Source of the DNA: Mesotaenium endlicherianum
Lineage: Eukaryota
Direction: 5' to 3'
Assembly (NCBI GenBank): GCA_009602735.1
Contig: WELA01003208.1
Location: 327,230-385,253, forward strand
Length of the DNA: 58,024 bases
Of this stretch, positions 12,984 to 27,057 are shown in pieces. The first letter of the stretch is position 1. Every line of letters begins with the position of its first letter. Below the pieces are notes generated by a model. The model was not told where the DNA came from. It worked only from the letters and a program-made list of their open reading frames with translations, and ran no database searches. The position numbers and the translations under genes are program-made.

Positions 12984-15900
12984 TGCATGCATGCATGCAC
13001 ACACACGAAGCGCACACGCACATACACGCATGCATGCACGCGCACATGCGCACGCACGCGCGCACGTGGGAATGAACACACTCACACGCACGCATCATGT
13101 GCTTGTTGATGGTGACTGCATGTGTGAATGTCTCGGATGTCTCGGGCTGGCAGGGGTTGTCGGAGAACATGCTGTTGGCCGATATTGACATGGACACGGT
13201 ATGGCCTTCCCAGCTCTCTTCTGACTTCACCTCGAATAGGGGTTTTAGGGTTTCAGGTTTGAGTTTGAGTTTGAGTTTGAGTCTTTTCTCTGTGACTTCA
13301 GAGTTCAAGACTTCCTGCTTCTGCTGAGCCCATGGACCAAGTGTGGCAGCACACAGGTGTCCGCGCGGATGTTACAGATAGACGTGTGTTTTACAATTAT
13401 ATACTTGTATCGGGTGCATATCGTAGGGGTTAATTGCAAGCATGCTCACGAGCATCCATGCCAACGGCACAGATGATAGACACATGTATTAAGAAAGATG
13501 CATGTGAGAGCATGCACACATAAGTATCGATTGCATTGTTACATTACTCTAGATGTTTGTGTGTGTATACGTATATATGTGTATATGTGTAAATATACAC
13601 ATATGTGTATATATATGTGCATGTAGAGATATAGATGTGGTAGGTACATCCTAAACCTGTGCATTATTTGTATATAAGCAGACAGGCCAACCCAAGCTGT
13701 CTCTTTCCTGGCACAGGGGACAAGGATGTCTATATATGTACGTGTTATATATGGACAAATGTAGTTATATGTGTCGTATATATATGCACATATGTGGGTT
13801 GCATCTATTTACTTACATACATGTACGTCCATATAACTGTTCCTACATGTGAATAAGATACGCTCATGTATATTTGTATGTGCCTATGTGTTTGTTTGCG
13901 CGCATATACAGAGATACATAATATATACAGATGTACTTATTATATTTGTATATATTACATATAGACATATATATGCATATATATGTATATATAATATGCA
14001 TGTAATACAGCCATAAGCACAGGAATATCTTGGGATCCATACACGTACGATTACCCCCTCTGACACGGCCAACCACGCCCCCTCCACGTGGCGCATTCTG
14101 AGCATGCCAAGTGGACTACATCCCCAACTTTGACGAGTCCGTGATGGAGCCCTCAGTGCTGCCCGCGCGAATCCCCCACCTCCTTGTCAACGGCTCGCAG
14201 GGAATTGCCGTGAGTGGCCCCGGTCTAGCCCGAATTTGAAACCTAACCCCTAACCCTAGCCCTAACCCTAACCGGACCCCAACCCTAACCTAACTCTAGC
14301 CCTAACCCTAGCCCTAATTCTAAGTGTATGCTTAACCCTAAGCCTATGCTTAATACTACCCTAAAGCTAAGCTCAAGAAGCCTCTGGTGGGCCTAAAAAC
14401 GTTCAAACCTGACGTGACTTAAACCCCAAGACCCCAAACTACGGAACGCCAGCAGATCTGGAATGCTAAGTCTTGTTGTTTGAACAGGGTTGAGAGCGTA
14501 GGACTGCGAAGTTGGCTGGTCGCCTATCACACCCTACGCTCACGTCCATTCCCCCGCCACTCCTAGGATGCACCATATACATCGGGACGCATATAACGGG
14601 ACGTGTATTATACATGTGTATATATATACATATATATACAGGGCGCGTCCCATTTCGCATGTGAATGAGAGGATGTGCGTGCGTGCCTGCCGGGCGGGCG
14701 GGCGTCAGTGTGTGTCTCTGTGTGTGTGTCAATGTCTCTTTTCATTTTGCTCTCTTGCACAACTAGCACAGTACATGCTTGGACTCCAAGCTCTAAACCT
14801 AAATCATGAACCTTAAACAGTGAACCCTACCCCCTAACCTTAAATCCTGAACCTCAAGCCTAGCCCTGAAACATTGAACCCTAAACTTTGGATCAAGGAC
14901 CACACGCGCCTACCTTTGCGCTCTCGCAGGTGGGTATGGCGACAAATATCCCCCCGCACAACCTGGGCGAGGTCGTCGACGCCCTGTGCGCGCTCATACG
15001 CAACCCCAACGCATCTGTAAGGCTTGCACCCCTCCCGCCTCCTCCGCCCGCCCCCCGGCCCTCTTTAGCGGTCTGGTAAGGTTTAAGGTTTTAGAGGTAG
15101 AGGTTGTACAGGTTAGAGGTAGAAGTGCGCACCTGGGTCCAAAGGCGGAGGGGGCTGTGCACGCTCAAACACAACCCCAATGTCTCTGTAAGGCTCCCGC
15201 CCCGCCCGCCTCCCCCGCCTGCNGTTTGACGCAAGGGTGGTGCTGTGGGCGGGCGCTCATCCGCAACCCCATCCCAATGCTTCCGGAAGCCTTCCAAGAC
15301 CCCCTCTTAACGGAGACCTCTCCCGCCTGCCCCCCCTTCCGCTCAGGGCTAGGGCTAGGGTTAGGCTTAGGGTTAGGGTGTGGGCTAAGCATAAGGTTAT
15401 AATTAGGGTTAGAGATAGGTTTAGGGTTAGGGTTAGGGATATGCTTAAAGTCAGGGTCAAGCTTAGGCTTAAGGGTAGGGTTGGGGTGTGGTTCTGGAGT
15501 AGGGTTTAAAGCCGATCAGAACGCATTCAGGGTTGAAAAGTTGTGGAGGCACTGTGGGGGTTTGGCCGCTGCCAATTGAAGTCTGCCCCTCTTGCCTGCC
15601 CCTTCTGCTAGGGTTAGGGTTGAGGAGTTTTGACTTTGGTTGTGGAAATGCCCTGCATGCACTCGTTGGCACTTATGCTCATTTCTGAAACTTCTTCGCA
15701 GAATCTTTATCTGCCCCCTTTTATTCCTTTTGCTTGCCCCCCGACCTCCGAAGCATCTAAGAGTTTGATGCTTCGGAACCCAAAGAATTGATCGCAGATG
15801 CGTTGTGTGGATCTAGGGGGATCTGAACTTAGGGTTTAGAGTTCTTTGGAGGTTTTAATACTTAGGGTTTGAATGTGGACGTCCTCTGTGCGCGCGTGTG

Positions 15901-17597
15901 CTCATCCGTAAGCCCGACGCCTCCCTTCCCCTCCCCTCTCCTCCGCTCCTTCACAATTCCTCCCTTCCCCACCCCCCCCCCCTTTCAAGAGATCGATATT
16001 GTACAGGGTTTAGGGTTTACAGAAGTTAGGTTAACAACAAAAGACAAGGTCAGCGCTGACTCAGCAGTCGGTGGCCTGCGTGTGCAAGTGTAAACAGGTC
16101 CAGCTGATGGAGCACTGCCCCGGCCCTGACTTTCCTGGGGGGCAAGGAGTGAGTGTGGTCCCCCCCCTCCCATGCTTTGGGCACTTTGCCTGTTGCCACC
16201 TCATTCACACTCTCAGGGAAGGATGTGCGGAATTGATATTGGGTCATCGTGTTCTCGATGTTAACGGACACACGCGCCTCTTGCACACATTTCCCTTCTC
16301 GATCTTGCGGAGGAGCACTGTGGAACAAGGGCAGCAAAAACATTCTTCATTCTTGCCTCTGTGTTCACGTTCTGATCGGATGACTATTAACCGCGCCCCA
16401 CACGACTCCCACACAATTCCACACGATCGTTACAGAGTAGAACATTTTGCTTCTGTACTCACATTTTCCAGACTATATGACATGATGAAACATGAACGCC
16501 ACCGCGGTTTAAGCCCTCTACGCTTGCGTCGAATCTAAAGACAGGCTCTCTCAGGGTTCTGTTTTTTTTCCCAAAGAAGAAAAAACATGAACAGATACTC
16601 AAACCTCTGTGTTAAATAAATTTGAGACTCTAAGCCTGTATGAAAGGAGGTCTGCTTGCCCCAAGTATTCAAACAAGGTCAGTACTGGCTTGAAGACAAA
16701 AACCTCAGAGAAATCTGGGTTCTTTCTTTTCTGTTTTTAAAATGATGCAGTCTTGCAGCTGCTGCTGAGCGCACAGCAAGCACGGGCAAATCTGTCTGAT
16801 AGAGGTGGAATTATATTCATTTTTGTTTTGTTTCGTTTTGCTTTGCTTTTTTTGGTTCTTTGGATTTTTTTTTGACCTGATGTTTTTGACTTTTTGACTT
16901 TTTGACTTTTTGACTTTTTTTTGCTTCTCTGATTTTTGAATTTTATTTCTGTTTTCTCGATACATATCAAAACTTCCGCAGGCTGCTGCCGACGTACAGC
17001 ACGGGCCACGGCTCGCTCGTGCTGCGGGGCACCGTCCACATGGAGCAGAAGAAAGAGGGCTCGCGCTCCTCCATCATCATCACCGAGGTTTGACCCCTCT
17101 CCCTCTCTGTGACTCCCAGCCTTCCTCAGCCTCCTACGTCTTAGCCTCTCCCCAGGGAGCTCTTTGACCCCTCTCCCTTTCTGCGATTCCTTTCTTAGCC
17201 TCTCCACAGGAAGCCCTGTGACCCCCCCTCTCCCTTCCCGCGAATACTTTTCAGTCTTTCCTCCAAGGAGCTCTTTGACCTCCTTCCCTTCCTGCGGTTA
17301 GGGTCTTAGCCTTCTATGCGAGGGGCAGGGAAGTGAGAGGGCTCCCGCTCCTCCATCGTCTTTCTTTGCAGGGGTTTTGACCCCTCGCCCTTCCTGCGTT
17401 CCCTTCTCAGCCTCTCCCCAGGGAGCTCTCTGACCCCCTTCCCTTCCTGCGATTAGGGTTTTGGCCTTCTATACACGGGGCAGGAGAGAGGGCCCTTGCT
17501 CTTCCAGCAGCATCATAGAGATTTGACCCTCTGCGCGCCTGCAGGTTTGGGGCTGGGGCATGTGTTATGTATGTGTGTATGTGTGTCTCTATAGTTG

Positions 17598-17637
<40 letters not shown>

Positions 17638-20069
17638 CATGCGCCTGTGTGTCTGCGCGCCTGTGTGGTGTGGTGTGGTGTGGTGTGTGTGTGTATGTCT
17701 GTGTGTTTATGTGTGTCTGTGTGTGCGTGTGTGTGTGGTTGTGCGCGCGTGCGCGTGCGTGTGCGCGTGCTTGCACCCTCCCATCATCATCACGGAGGTT
17801 TGACCCTCTGCCTGCTTGCCACCACCTGTGCTCCGAGTAACCAAGTGATGCTAGTACCCCTTTCATGTCATGTCAACAACTATTGCTGCTTGCTATGATA
17901 TCACTCAGTGGTCCTTCTTGCACATCAATGGCTATACAGCTATTCGCTACAGCTTTAGACTTAACCCTGACTCTACTCCTAGGCCCAACCCTAAACCTAC
18001 CCCTAAGCCTAAACCCACCCCTACTTCTAAATCCGCCCCTGCTCCTAACTCTACCCCTAATCCTAAACCTACCCTTGATTCTAACTTTTAACTATAACCC
18101 TAACCATAATGCTACTGTGAACTTGTTTGACTTCAAATTCTAGCCCTAACCCTAACCCTAATTGTGGCGCTGCAGATCCCCTACCGGGCAAACAAGGCCG
18201 CGCTCGTCGAGCGCATCGCCACGCTCGCCAACGAGAAGGTCTGTGCGTGCGCTCGCGCGGCTCCTCGCAGATTGCCGATCCAAACCCCCAACCGCTGGCC
18301 TTTGCAAAGGGCACTGCTGTCGCTTGCTGATTGCCGACCCAAACCCTAAATTGCCAACCCAAACCCCCCAACCGCTGGCCCTTCCGAAAGGCACTGCTGC
18401 TGCCGCTGGCCCTTCTGAAGGGGGCTGCTGCTGCCGCTGCTGGCCCTTGCAAAGGGGACTGCTGCTGCCGCTGCCTGCTTACGGCGCGGCAACGCGCTGG
18501 TCACCAAACCTCCACCCCAATTTCCAACAGCACCCTAACGGAGCGGGCCCTTGAGAAGGGAACCGCTGCAAATTACAAACTGCCGAGCTGCCCTTGCTGA
18601 AAGTAGCAACCATGCCTCTCATCACCATCCAAAACCTTCGCTCGCTCACGTTTCATACGCACACACGTCGCCAGCTGTCAGCTCTTGTTTTCAAGCCCTC
18701 CCTTCGGCATGTTCTTGGAAGAAGCAAACAGAGGCCCTTGTATTTTATGTCACTTATTATCCTTTTGTTTTGTTTATTATGATAGAGTTCTGTTTAACAC
18801 CGGAACCTAGAGTTAGACCTGGTCATCTCCGAAGGCGGGCAAAATGCCAGCTGGCAAGTGCAAGCGTGCCAGCTGTCGCTGTTCTGCACTCCAATCCCCC
18901 CCCCTCCTTCTCTTTGCCGGCATTGGCATCGGTCGTATTGCATAATTTGGTAGTGTTTGTTGACAACATATTTGTCACTGCTATATTTCCTCAGCATACA
19001 CACACTTGTATATATATAATAATAATATAGTACATGTAAATGTATATTTCCTCAATGTACATGTATGTATAAACGTGTTTTTTGTACAAGTTTTTTGAAA
19101 GTAGTCATAAGTACCTGCTCATGCTAATGCTCTGGATGTCTGTTGGTGCCAGGTGTTGGATGTGAGCGATGTGCGCGACGAAAGCGACCGCTCGGGCACC
19201 CGCATTGTGGTTGAGGTACCATCTTCATCGTCATTGTTGTCATTGTCATCATCATATTGTTAACGGTTGTATCAATAGTGCCATTTTTGAGAGTTGTCAT
19301 TATTATTACTACTACTATTATTACAACCATATGATTGCGTGGCTGTAAGTGCGTGGGTACTATCACTATTCTTGCTACTACTATAATAGGTACGATGTTT
19401 TTGGCTTCGTCTGTCCCGCGCATGCATTTCTAGTTCATGCATGTACTTGGCTTGTGCATGAATGCATTCGTGAGGGCACGTGTGCGCGTGTGCATGTGTG
19501 CAGAGTGCGTATGAGTGCTTCTGTGTGAGGGTGGGGGGGGGGAGGCTGTGTTCAAATCAGAGCAGATGTTCAAATATATGTATATATGTAACTATATGTA
19601 TACTATTTATATACTATATAGATACACTATATGTGTACCATGTGTGATATTTCTTTCCCCTTATACTTATATCCTACACTTGTATCTTACACTTCATGTT
19701 GTCATTTCTACTCCGAGAGGAACACAACATGTGAAGGGCACTGCTCTATCATTACAACTTCCTGAGAGGCTTGGGAGAAGCTTGTCGTGAAAGTGATGGA
19801 CAGATTCCAACAGAGGGCTTAGGCCTATGCGTGTACGCCTCTGCGCGCATGTGGTTGGGAATGTATGCGGGTTTGCGCGCATGCGCGCGTACGTGGTCAT
19901 GGATGCATGCGTGCACATGCGTGTGTGTGTCTGTGTCTGTGTATGCGCGCGCGTGTGTGTGTGTGTGTGCGTGGGTGTGTGGGCGACGGTGCGGGTGATT
20001 GAGTGTGTGCGTGCGTGTGACTGTGCGTGTGCATGCGTGCGACCGAGTGTCTCTTTGTGCGCGTGTGTC

Positions 20070-20100
<31 letters not shown>

Positions 20101-21344
20101 ACGCGCATGTGTATATGACTGTGTGCGTGTACGTCTGTCTATGTCTGTGTGCGTGGGTGTGTGGCCTCCCGGGGCGTGCAGGTGAAGAGGGGGGCGGCGA
20201 CGCTGCTGGTGTTGAACAATACGTACAAACACACGTCGCTTCAGATGCGCTTCAACTGCAACATGGTCGGGTGGGTCCCCCCCTCCCTCGCTAGAACCTT
20301 GAGGGTGCTCTAGGAACTGCAACATGGTTGGGTGGGTCACCCCCTCCCCTCCCTTCTTAGGGCATACATAACATGAGTATTGTACTTCCTGCAAAACCTG
20401 GGTTTTGTAAGCAACTGCAACATGGTCAAGTGGGTCCCCCCCCTCTCCTCCCTTCTTAGGGCTTACATAACATGAGTATTGTAATCCCTGCAACACATGG
20501 GTTTTGTAAGGGTGTCGCATATCAAATGCAGCAAGGTCGGGTGGGTCCCCCCCCTCCCTCGCTAGAACCTTGAGGGTGCTCTAGGAAGTACTGAGCTCCG
20601 CTTTTCTGACTGCAACAGCGCCTCCCTTCCGAAGCCTCAATTTCGGAGGGTGCAATTGAGAAATATTAAATAAGGGCAGTATGTGTTATATGAAGGCAGT
20701 ATATACTATATGAAGGCAGTATATGTAATAGAAAGGAAGCTGCCTTGATAACTATATCAGCAAGCAACTGCGCTTGCACTTTCTTCTGTGTAAAACTTCA
20801 CCCCTACCTGTGAAAAGCTTACCCGCGAGAAGCTTGCACTTGTTCCCTTCTGGGACATTGTCTGCTTCAAATCTTTCATCAATTTTTGCACCTTTTAAGC
20901 CGGACGAGCTCGCTCTTTTCCTCCTAAGAATCAGATCTCTCTTGCTCTTTCCTTGTCTCTTTCAAAGGCTCGTAGTAAAGGATGGATAGGTCCCATGCAT
21001 TGGCCTTCTCTTGGAGTCCCGGCCGGTGCGGCCGGCGGGCGCCATCCATCCCCTCCCCTCCCCTCCCCTCCTCTCTCTTCTCTCTCTTTGTGTGCTTGAT
21101 CTCCCGCCACCGTTGGGCTTGGAGGTCTCATACCCCACACTCGTGGCACGCATGCGCGCATGCGCGTACGCAAATGTCCACACACGTATGCACGCATGCG
21201 CGCGTGCAGGTAGGCGCGCATGCGCGTACGCAGGTACATTATTTTTGACGGGACAACAAGGCAAGAAAAATGCGCCAGCAAACTCAAGAATCTTGGTGTG
21301 TGTGTGTGTGTGTGTATGAGGATGTGTGTGAAGGTGTGTGTGTG

Positions 21345-21401
<57 letters not shown>

Positions 21402-21866
21402 ATTGGTTTGAATAGTGACATACATGTATATACTTGTAAACATTCATACACTATCATAGTTGTATATTTTTATCGTAGACGTATCTATAATGGTATTGTT
21501 TGTTGAGATGTTACATCGCATTGATGTGTTGTATCTATAATGATATGTCTTGTTAAGACGGTGTTACATCTTGTTGATGTGTTGTTTGCCAGGCTCGTGG
21601 GAGGGGCGCCCAAGGAAGGGCTCACCCTGAGAGACTTTCTGCAGGTGAGTGCTTCGGACACTCAGCCGGACAGTTCCGGTTGCACGGATGAGGGTGTAGG
21701 CCCTGGGGCTTGATGGCTGGAGGATTTAGGGTTTTGATTTTTTATTTTAGGGCGTAGGGTTTAGGGTTTTACTTCAAGGGTTTTGGGTTAGGGTTCAGGA
21801 CTTTTATGGTGTGCAATCGGCCCCCGTGTCTCGCTTTCGCTTGTTCGGCGCCTTGTTTTTTGTTTC

Positions 21867-21924
<58 letters not shown>

Positions 21925-22263
21925 NNNNNNNNNNNNNNNNNNNNNNNNNNNNNNNNNNNNNNNNNNNNNNNNNNNNNNNNNNNNNNNNNNNNNNNNNNNN
22001 NNNNNNNNNNNNNNNNNNNNNNNNNNNNNNNNNNNNNNNNNNNNNNNNNNNNNNNNNNNNNNNNNNNNNNNNNNNNNNNNNNNNNNNNNNNNNNNNNNNN
22101 NNNNNNNNNNNNNNNNNNNNNNNNNNNNNNNNNNNNNNNNNNNNNNNNNNNNNNNNNNNNNNNNNNNNNNNNNNNNNNNNNNNNNNNNNNNNNNNNNNNN
22201 NNNNNNNNNNNNNNNNNNNNNNNNNNNNNNNNNNNNNNNNNNNNNNNNNNNNNNNNNNNNNNN

Positions 22264-22296
<33 letters not shown>

Positions 22297-25200
22297 GGTG
22301 GCTGCCTTTTTTTCTTCTCTCTCTCTCTTGCAGTTGCGACCGCAATTTTTGTCGGTGTCGAACTCAAAATATATTCTTTGGTGTGCTTCTTACATGGCCC
22401 GGCTATGCGTGTGTTAATGACAACGCTTTTCTCCATATTGACTCACGGCGCTCGTTGGTTAACTGGGTGTGGGAATGAGCGTGGGGTTGTGCGTGTGTGT
22501 GAGCGTAGCAATCGGCTCTGAATGCCGCATCTCCATTTTATCAAATAATACATCAGCAGTGTGGGTGGCAATAACTTGTGCACGTGGGAGGACTCTCTAA
22601 CCGATCAACGGACCTGATGTGCGTGGGGAATCATGCGTGTGTGAACGCATTCTTGTAGTGTCGTGCGCGTGTATGAACAACGCCGTCCTGTGGGGTCGTG
22701 CGCGCGCGTGTGAACACCTTCTTGTGTGAACACCTTTGTTGTGCGTGTGTGAACGCGGGGGTGCAGGAGTTTCTGGAGTTCCGGTGCCAGGTGTTGGAGA
22801 GGAGGGCCAGGTACCAGCTGCGGCGCGCGTCGGAGCGCAACCACTTGGTGGAGGTATGCTGCTGTTCTTTTAGGGTTAGAATGAGGGTAGGGTTAGAGGC
22901 TTCTCATGGCGAGCGGGGCGTGGATGAATGCTGGGGTTTTGGGGAGGAGGCGCTTGGGGAGGGTCCTGTCTGAGCTTTTGGGGGGNNNNNNNNNNNNNNN
23001 NNNNNNNNNNNNNNNNNNNNNNNNNNNNNNNNNNNNNNNNNNNNNNNNNNNNNNNNNNNNNNNNNNNNNNNNNNNNNNNNNNNNNNNNNNNNNNNNNNNN
23101 NNNNNNNNNNNNNNNNNNNNNNNNNNNNNNNNNNNNNNNNNNNNNNNNNNNNNNNNNNNNNNNNNNNNNNNNNNNNNNNNNNNNNNNNNNNNNNNNNNNN
23201 NNNNNNNNNNNNNNNNNNNNNNNNNNNNNNNNNNNNNNNNNNNNNNNNNNNNNNNNNNNNNNNNNNNNNNNNNNNNNNNNNNNNNNNNNNNNNNNNNNNN
23301 NNNNNNNNNNNNNNNNNNNNNNNNNNNNNNNNNNNNNNNNNNNNNNNNNNNNNNNNNNNNNNNNNNNNNNNNNNNNNNNNNNNNNNNNNNNNNNNNNNNN
23401 NNNNNNNNNNNNNNNNNNNNNNNNNNNNNNNNNNNNNNNNNNNNNNNNNNNNNNNNNNNNNNNNNNNNNNNNNNNNNNNNNNNNNNNNNNNNNNNNNNNN
23501 NNNNNNNNNNNNNNNNNNNNNNNNNNNNNNNNNNNNNNNNNNNNNNNNNNNNNNNNNNNNNNNNNNNNNNNNNNNNNNNNNNNNNNNNNNNNNNNNNNNN
23601 NNNNNNNNNNNNNNNNNNNNNNNNNNNNNNNNNNNNNNNNNNNNNNNNNNNNNNNNNNNNNNNNNNNNNNNNNNNNNNNNNNNNNNNNNNNNNNNNNNNN
23701 NNNNNNNNNNNNGGGGGGGGTGGGGCTGCTGGTGGGGGAGGGAGAAGGACGTGGATGGCTACTTCAGTTTTTCCTTCTTTTCTCTCCCTTCTTCTGTAGA
23801 TTTCAGATCAAACGTTTAACACTCCATTTCGCTCTGCCCTCTGCCCTCTCGCCTCTGGCCTCTGAAGGACCTGCCGGCAGCTGAAGTGATATTTTGGGGA
23901 CTTCATGTTTCCCCTTTAAGTAAAAATTATTATTCCTCTCCTGCCTTTCCAGGGTCTGCTGCCGGCACAGGCGCACGCATAGGGTCTCTCTATCTCTTTC
24001 TTACTTTCCTCTATTCTCCATCTTCTTTTCCATCTTCTTGTCTCCATCTGGCTATTGACAAACAAGTCTAGCAGTGGCGAAAGCCAACGTCCGCGGCTCT
24101 TCCCATCCCTTTCCTACTCCACACATCCTTCTCTATTCTTTCTGATGATCTCTCTTGTTTCTTTCTGATTCCTCTTACTCTTCTTCGTATCCTACGCCGT
24201 GTTCCCCCCCTTCTGTTTTTTGCTGTTTCTCGCACTCGCAGGGTCTGCTAGTGGCGCAGGCGAACATGGACGCTGTGGTTGCGGCCATACGAGGAGGCAA
24301 GGACTCGGCCGCTGCCGTTGCCGCCCTTCGGCAAGTTGCGCTTGCGTGCTCAGAATATGTATATATCACTGTGCACTTTACGTTGTGCACTTATATGCAT
24401 CGCCCACCCTTGTATCTAGTATCCATTAGCATTGGGTGGGTGTGCACGTGTATACTGCTGCGGGCGCCGCCCTTTGGCAAGGTGCGCGCGCGTGCTCAGA
24501 AGTAGGGGTGGTAACTTTGGGCCTCAAAATAAGGGTTTTGAGTTTGTGTTTTTGAGTTTGGGTTTTTGAGCGCAGAGCTTTGAAGTCAAGGTGAAGGTCA
24601 TCAGTCAAGATTGGGGGTAGGGTGGGAGGGTTTCTATGTAGCGTTGGGTATTTATTGCGCACTACTGAAGAATAGGAACACAACGACAAGCCATGGCACG
24701 TCTTTATCTGGTACATGTGTGCATGTCACATTATTACCGGCGTATCGATCCAGCATACGTGTCTGTGCAAACACGTTTGAGGAGTGAGACTTAGTGCAAG
24801 TTGAACGGCGCGGGGGGGCGGGGTNNNNNNNNNNNNNNNNNNNNNNNNNNNNNNNNNNNNNNNNNNNNNNNGGGGGGAGGGGAGGAGTGGAAAGTATGCA
24901 TATACCACCACTGCGAGGGGCGTGCATGCGCGCGCGTTGGGTGGAGGGGGGGGAGCTATGGTGTGGGTCATTTCAACCGTGCAAAGCACGTGCTGATTGT
25001 TATTTTGTATCGCTCACTTCTCGCATGCATCTGTTACTGTGTGCAGAAGGTGCTGTGACGAGCATCTTGTGTGCGTTATGTATGCCTTAATGCTTAATGT
25101 ATGTTAATGCATGCTTGATGTATGTTAATGAAAGCTTAATGTATGCTTAACGTATGCTAATTGAAGCTGAACGCGTGGTGGAGGGGGGGGAGGGAGAGCA

Positions 25201-26216
25201 GAGTACGGGCTCACGGAGGCGCAGACAGATGGCGTGCTATCGATGGCCCTGCGGCGCATCACCTCCCTCGAGGTAAGCTCCGTCGGACACATCAGCACCT
25301 TTTATGGGACATGCCTGCCCAGGTGGCGTCTTCGATCGTCCACCTGGCGTCGTCACTTGTCCAGCTGGCAGTCTTACACTCGTCCACCACGTCGAGCTGC
25401 AGCCTTTCTTATACCTCTGTGATTGTGCCCTGTCTGTCCTGTTGTGTGTGTCGTTGTCCGCTCCTAAAGGTCTCCGGTTTCTGCCGGCGGTAGTGTGCTT
25501 TGTATGCAAACCCTAAACCTTAAACCCTTTGTATGCAAACCCTAAAAACCTTTAACCCTTTGTATGCGGAATGGATCTCCTCAAAGACACCTGCCTCACT
25601 GGGCCCTCCATCCGTTTTCTTCCGTAGTTGTGTGCGATCGCATGCGTGCGAGGTTTTGTTTGCACAGTTCTGTTCGCACAGTACGGCGCTGTAAAACGAC
25701 GTTCAGGCTCAACGGATGCGAGATCTGCTTCAATAGAAGGAGACGGGATTTTTGTGTTCATCCTTCCGAGTTCTTCCGAGGGCTGAATCTTGGGTGCTCC
25801 TAGAGTCTTTTGATCCTCTCTGCGTGATGCCTCTCATGCCACCCGCGCGTCGCCGTGCTTTCATTCGGCCCTTGTCTGCACGCATTCTCCGACGACTATG
25901 TTGTGATTGTCTTTTTTTTTTGGTTATGTCCTGTTATTGGTTTTCGTACTAGAGCTTTGAATGAAGTCCCTTATAACCTTCTTTTGAAGCAAACGCCTAA
26001 CACTAAGTACGAGTAGAGGAGTGCATCTCTGTCTGTTGTTTCTCGTAGGCACTCAGAGAGGGCACCCTTTGTGGCTGCACGGGAGGACAACCCATCTGCA
26101 TGCGCAGAGCACGCGTGTGTCTGTGCGCGCATGCGTGCGTATGTATGCGTGTACACATGTGCGTGTGTGCATATGTGTCTCTGTATGTGTGTGTGTGTGT
26201 GTGCGCGCGCACGCGC

Positions 26217-26271
<55 letters not shown>

Positions 26272-26844
26272 TTTGTGTGTGAGAGAGAGTTTGTATGTGT
26301 GCGTGCGCATGCACGCGCGCTGCATGTGTGTGTGCGTGTGGGTGTGTGTTTGCACGCGTGCGCGCATGTGTGTATATCTGGGTGGGTGGGTNNNNNNNNN
26401 NNNNNNNNNNNNNNNNNNNNNNNNNNNNNNNNNNNNNNNNNNNNNNNNNNNNNNNNNNNNNNNNNNNNNNNNNNNNNNNNNNNNNNNNNNNNNNNNNNNN
26501 NNNNNNNNNNNNNNNNNNNNNNNNNNNNNNNNNNNNNNNNNNNNNNNNNNNNNNNNNNNNNNNNNNNNNNNNNNNNNNNNNNNNNNNNNNNNNNNNNNNN
26601 NNNNNNNNNNNNNNNNNNNNNNNNNNNNNNNNNNNNNNNNNNNNNNNNNNNNNNNNNGGGGGGACGGGGGGGTTTTCCGTCGGGGTGCGTGTCCAACACT
26701 TAGCAAAAGGGGAGATAGCCTGCAGGGTCAGCTACTGTCTCTCCCCTCCGTGCCCCTCATAACCTCTGGGGATCACTCGACACCTTGCGACGCCCTGCCC
26801 GCCGCTTCCTTACCTTCTCTATTGCATGGACTAGCCTGAGGTCA

Positions 26845-27057
26845 ACTCGTTCTTGTGACTTGTTTTGTAACTCGTTTGTGACTTGTTTGTACAATTTGTT
26901 TGGAACTTGGTTTGCGACTTGCTTGTGACTTGTTTGAAACTTGTTCGGAACGTGTTTGTGACTCGTTCACAACTTGTTTGTAACCTGTTTGTAAACTTGT
27001 TCGTAAACTTGTTTGTGACATGTTCGCGTGTACGTGTGTCTTGTACTCGCTTGTTTG
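26845..27057. repeat. Degenerate ~12-bp tandem repeat (gtgacttgttt-like)
   Basis: Repeated acttgttt/actcgttt/aacttgtt units upstream of gyrA exon 17. Confidence 0.7.
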
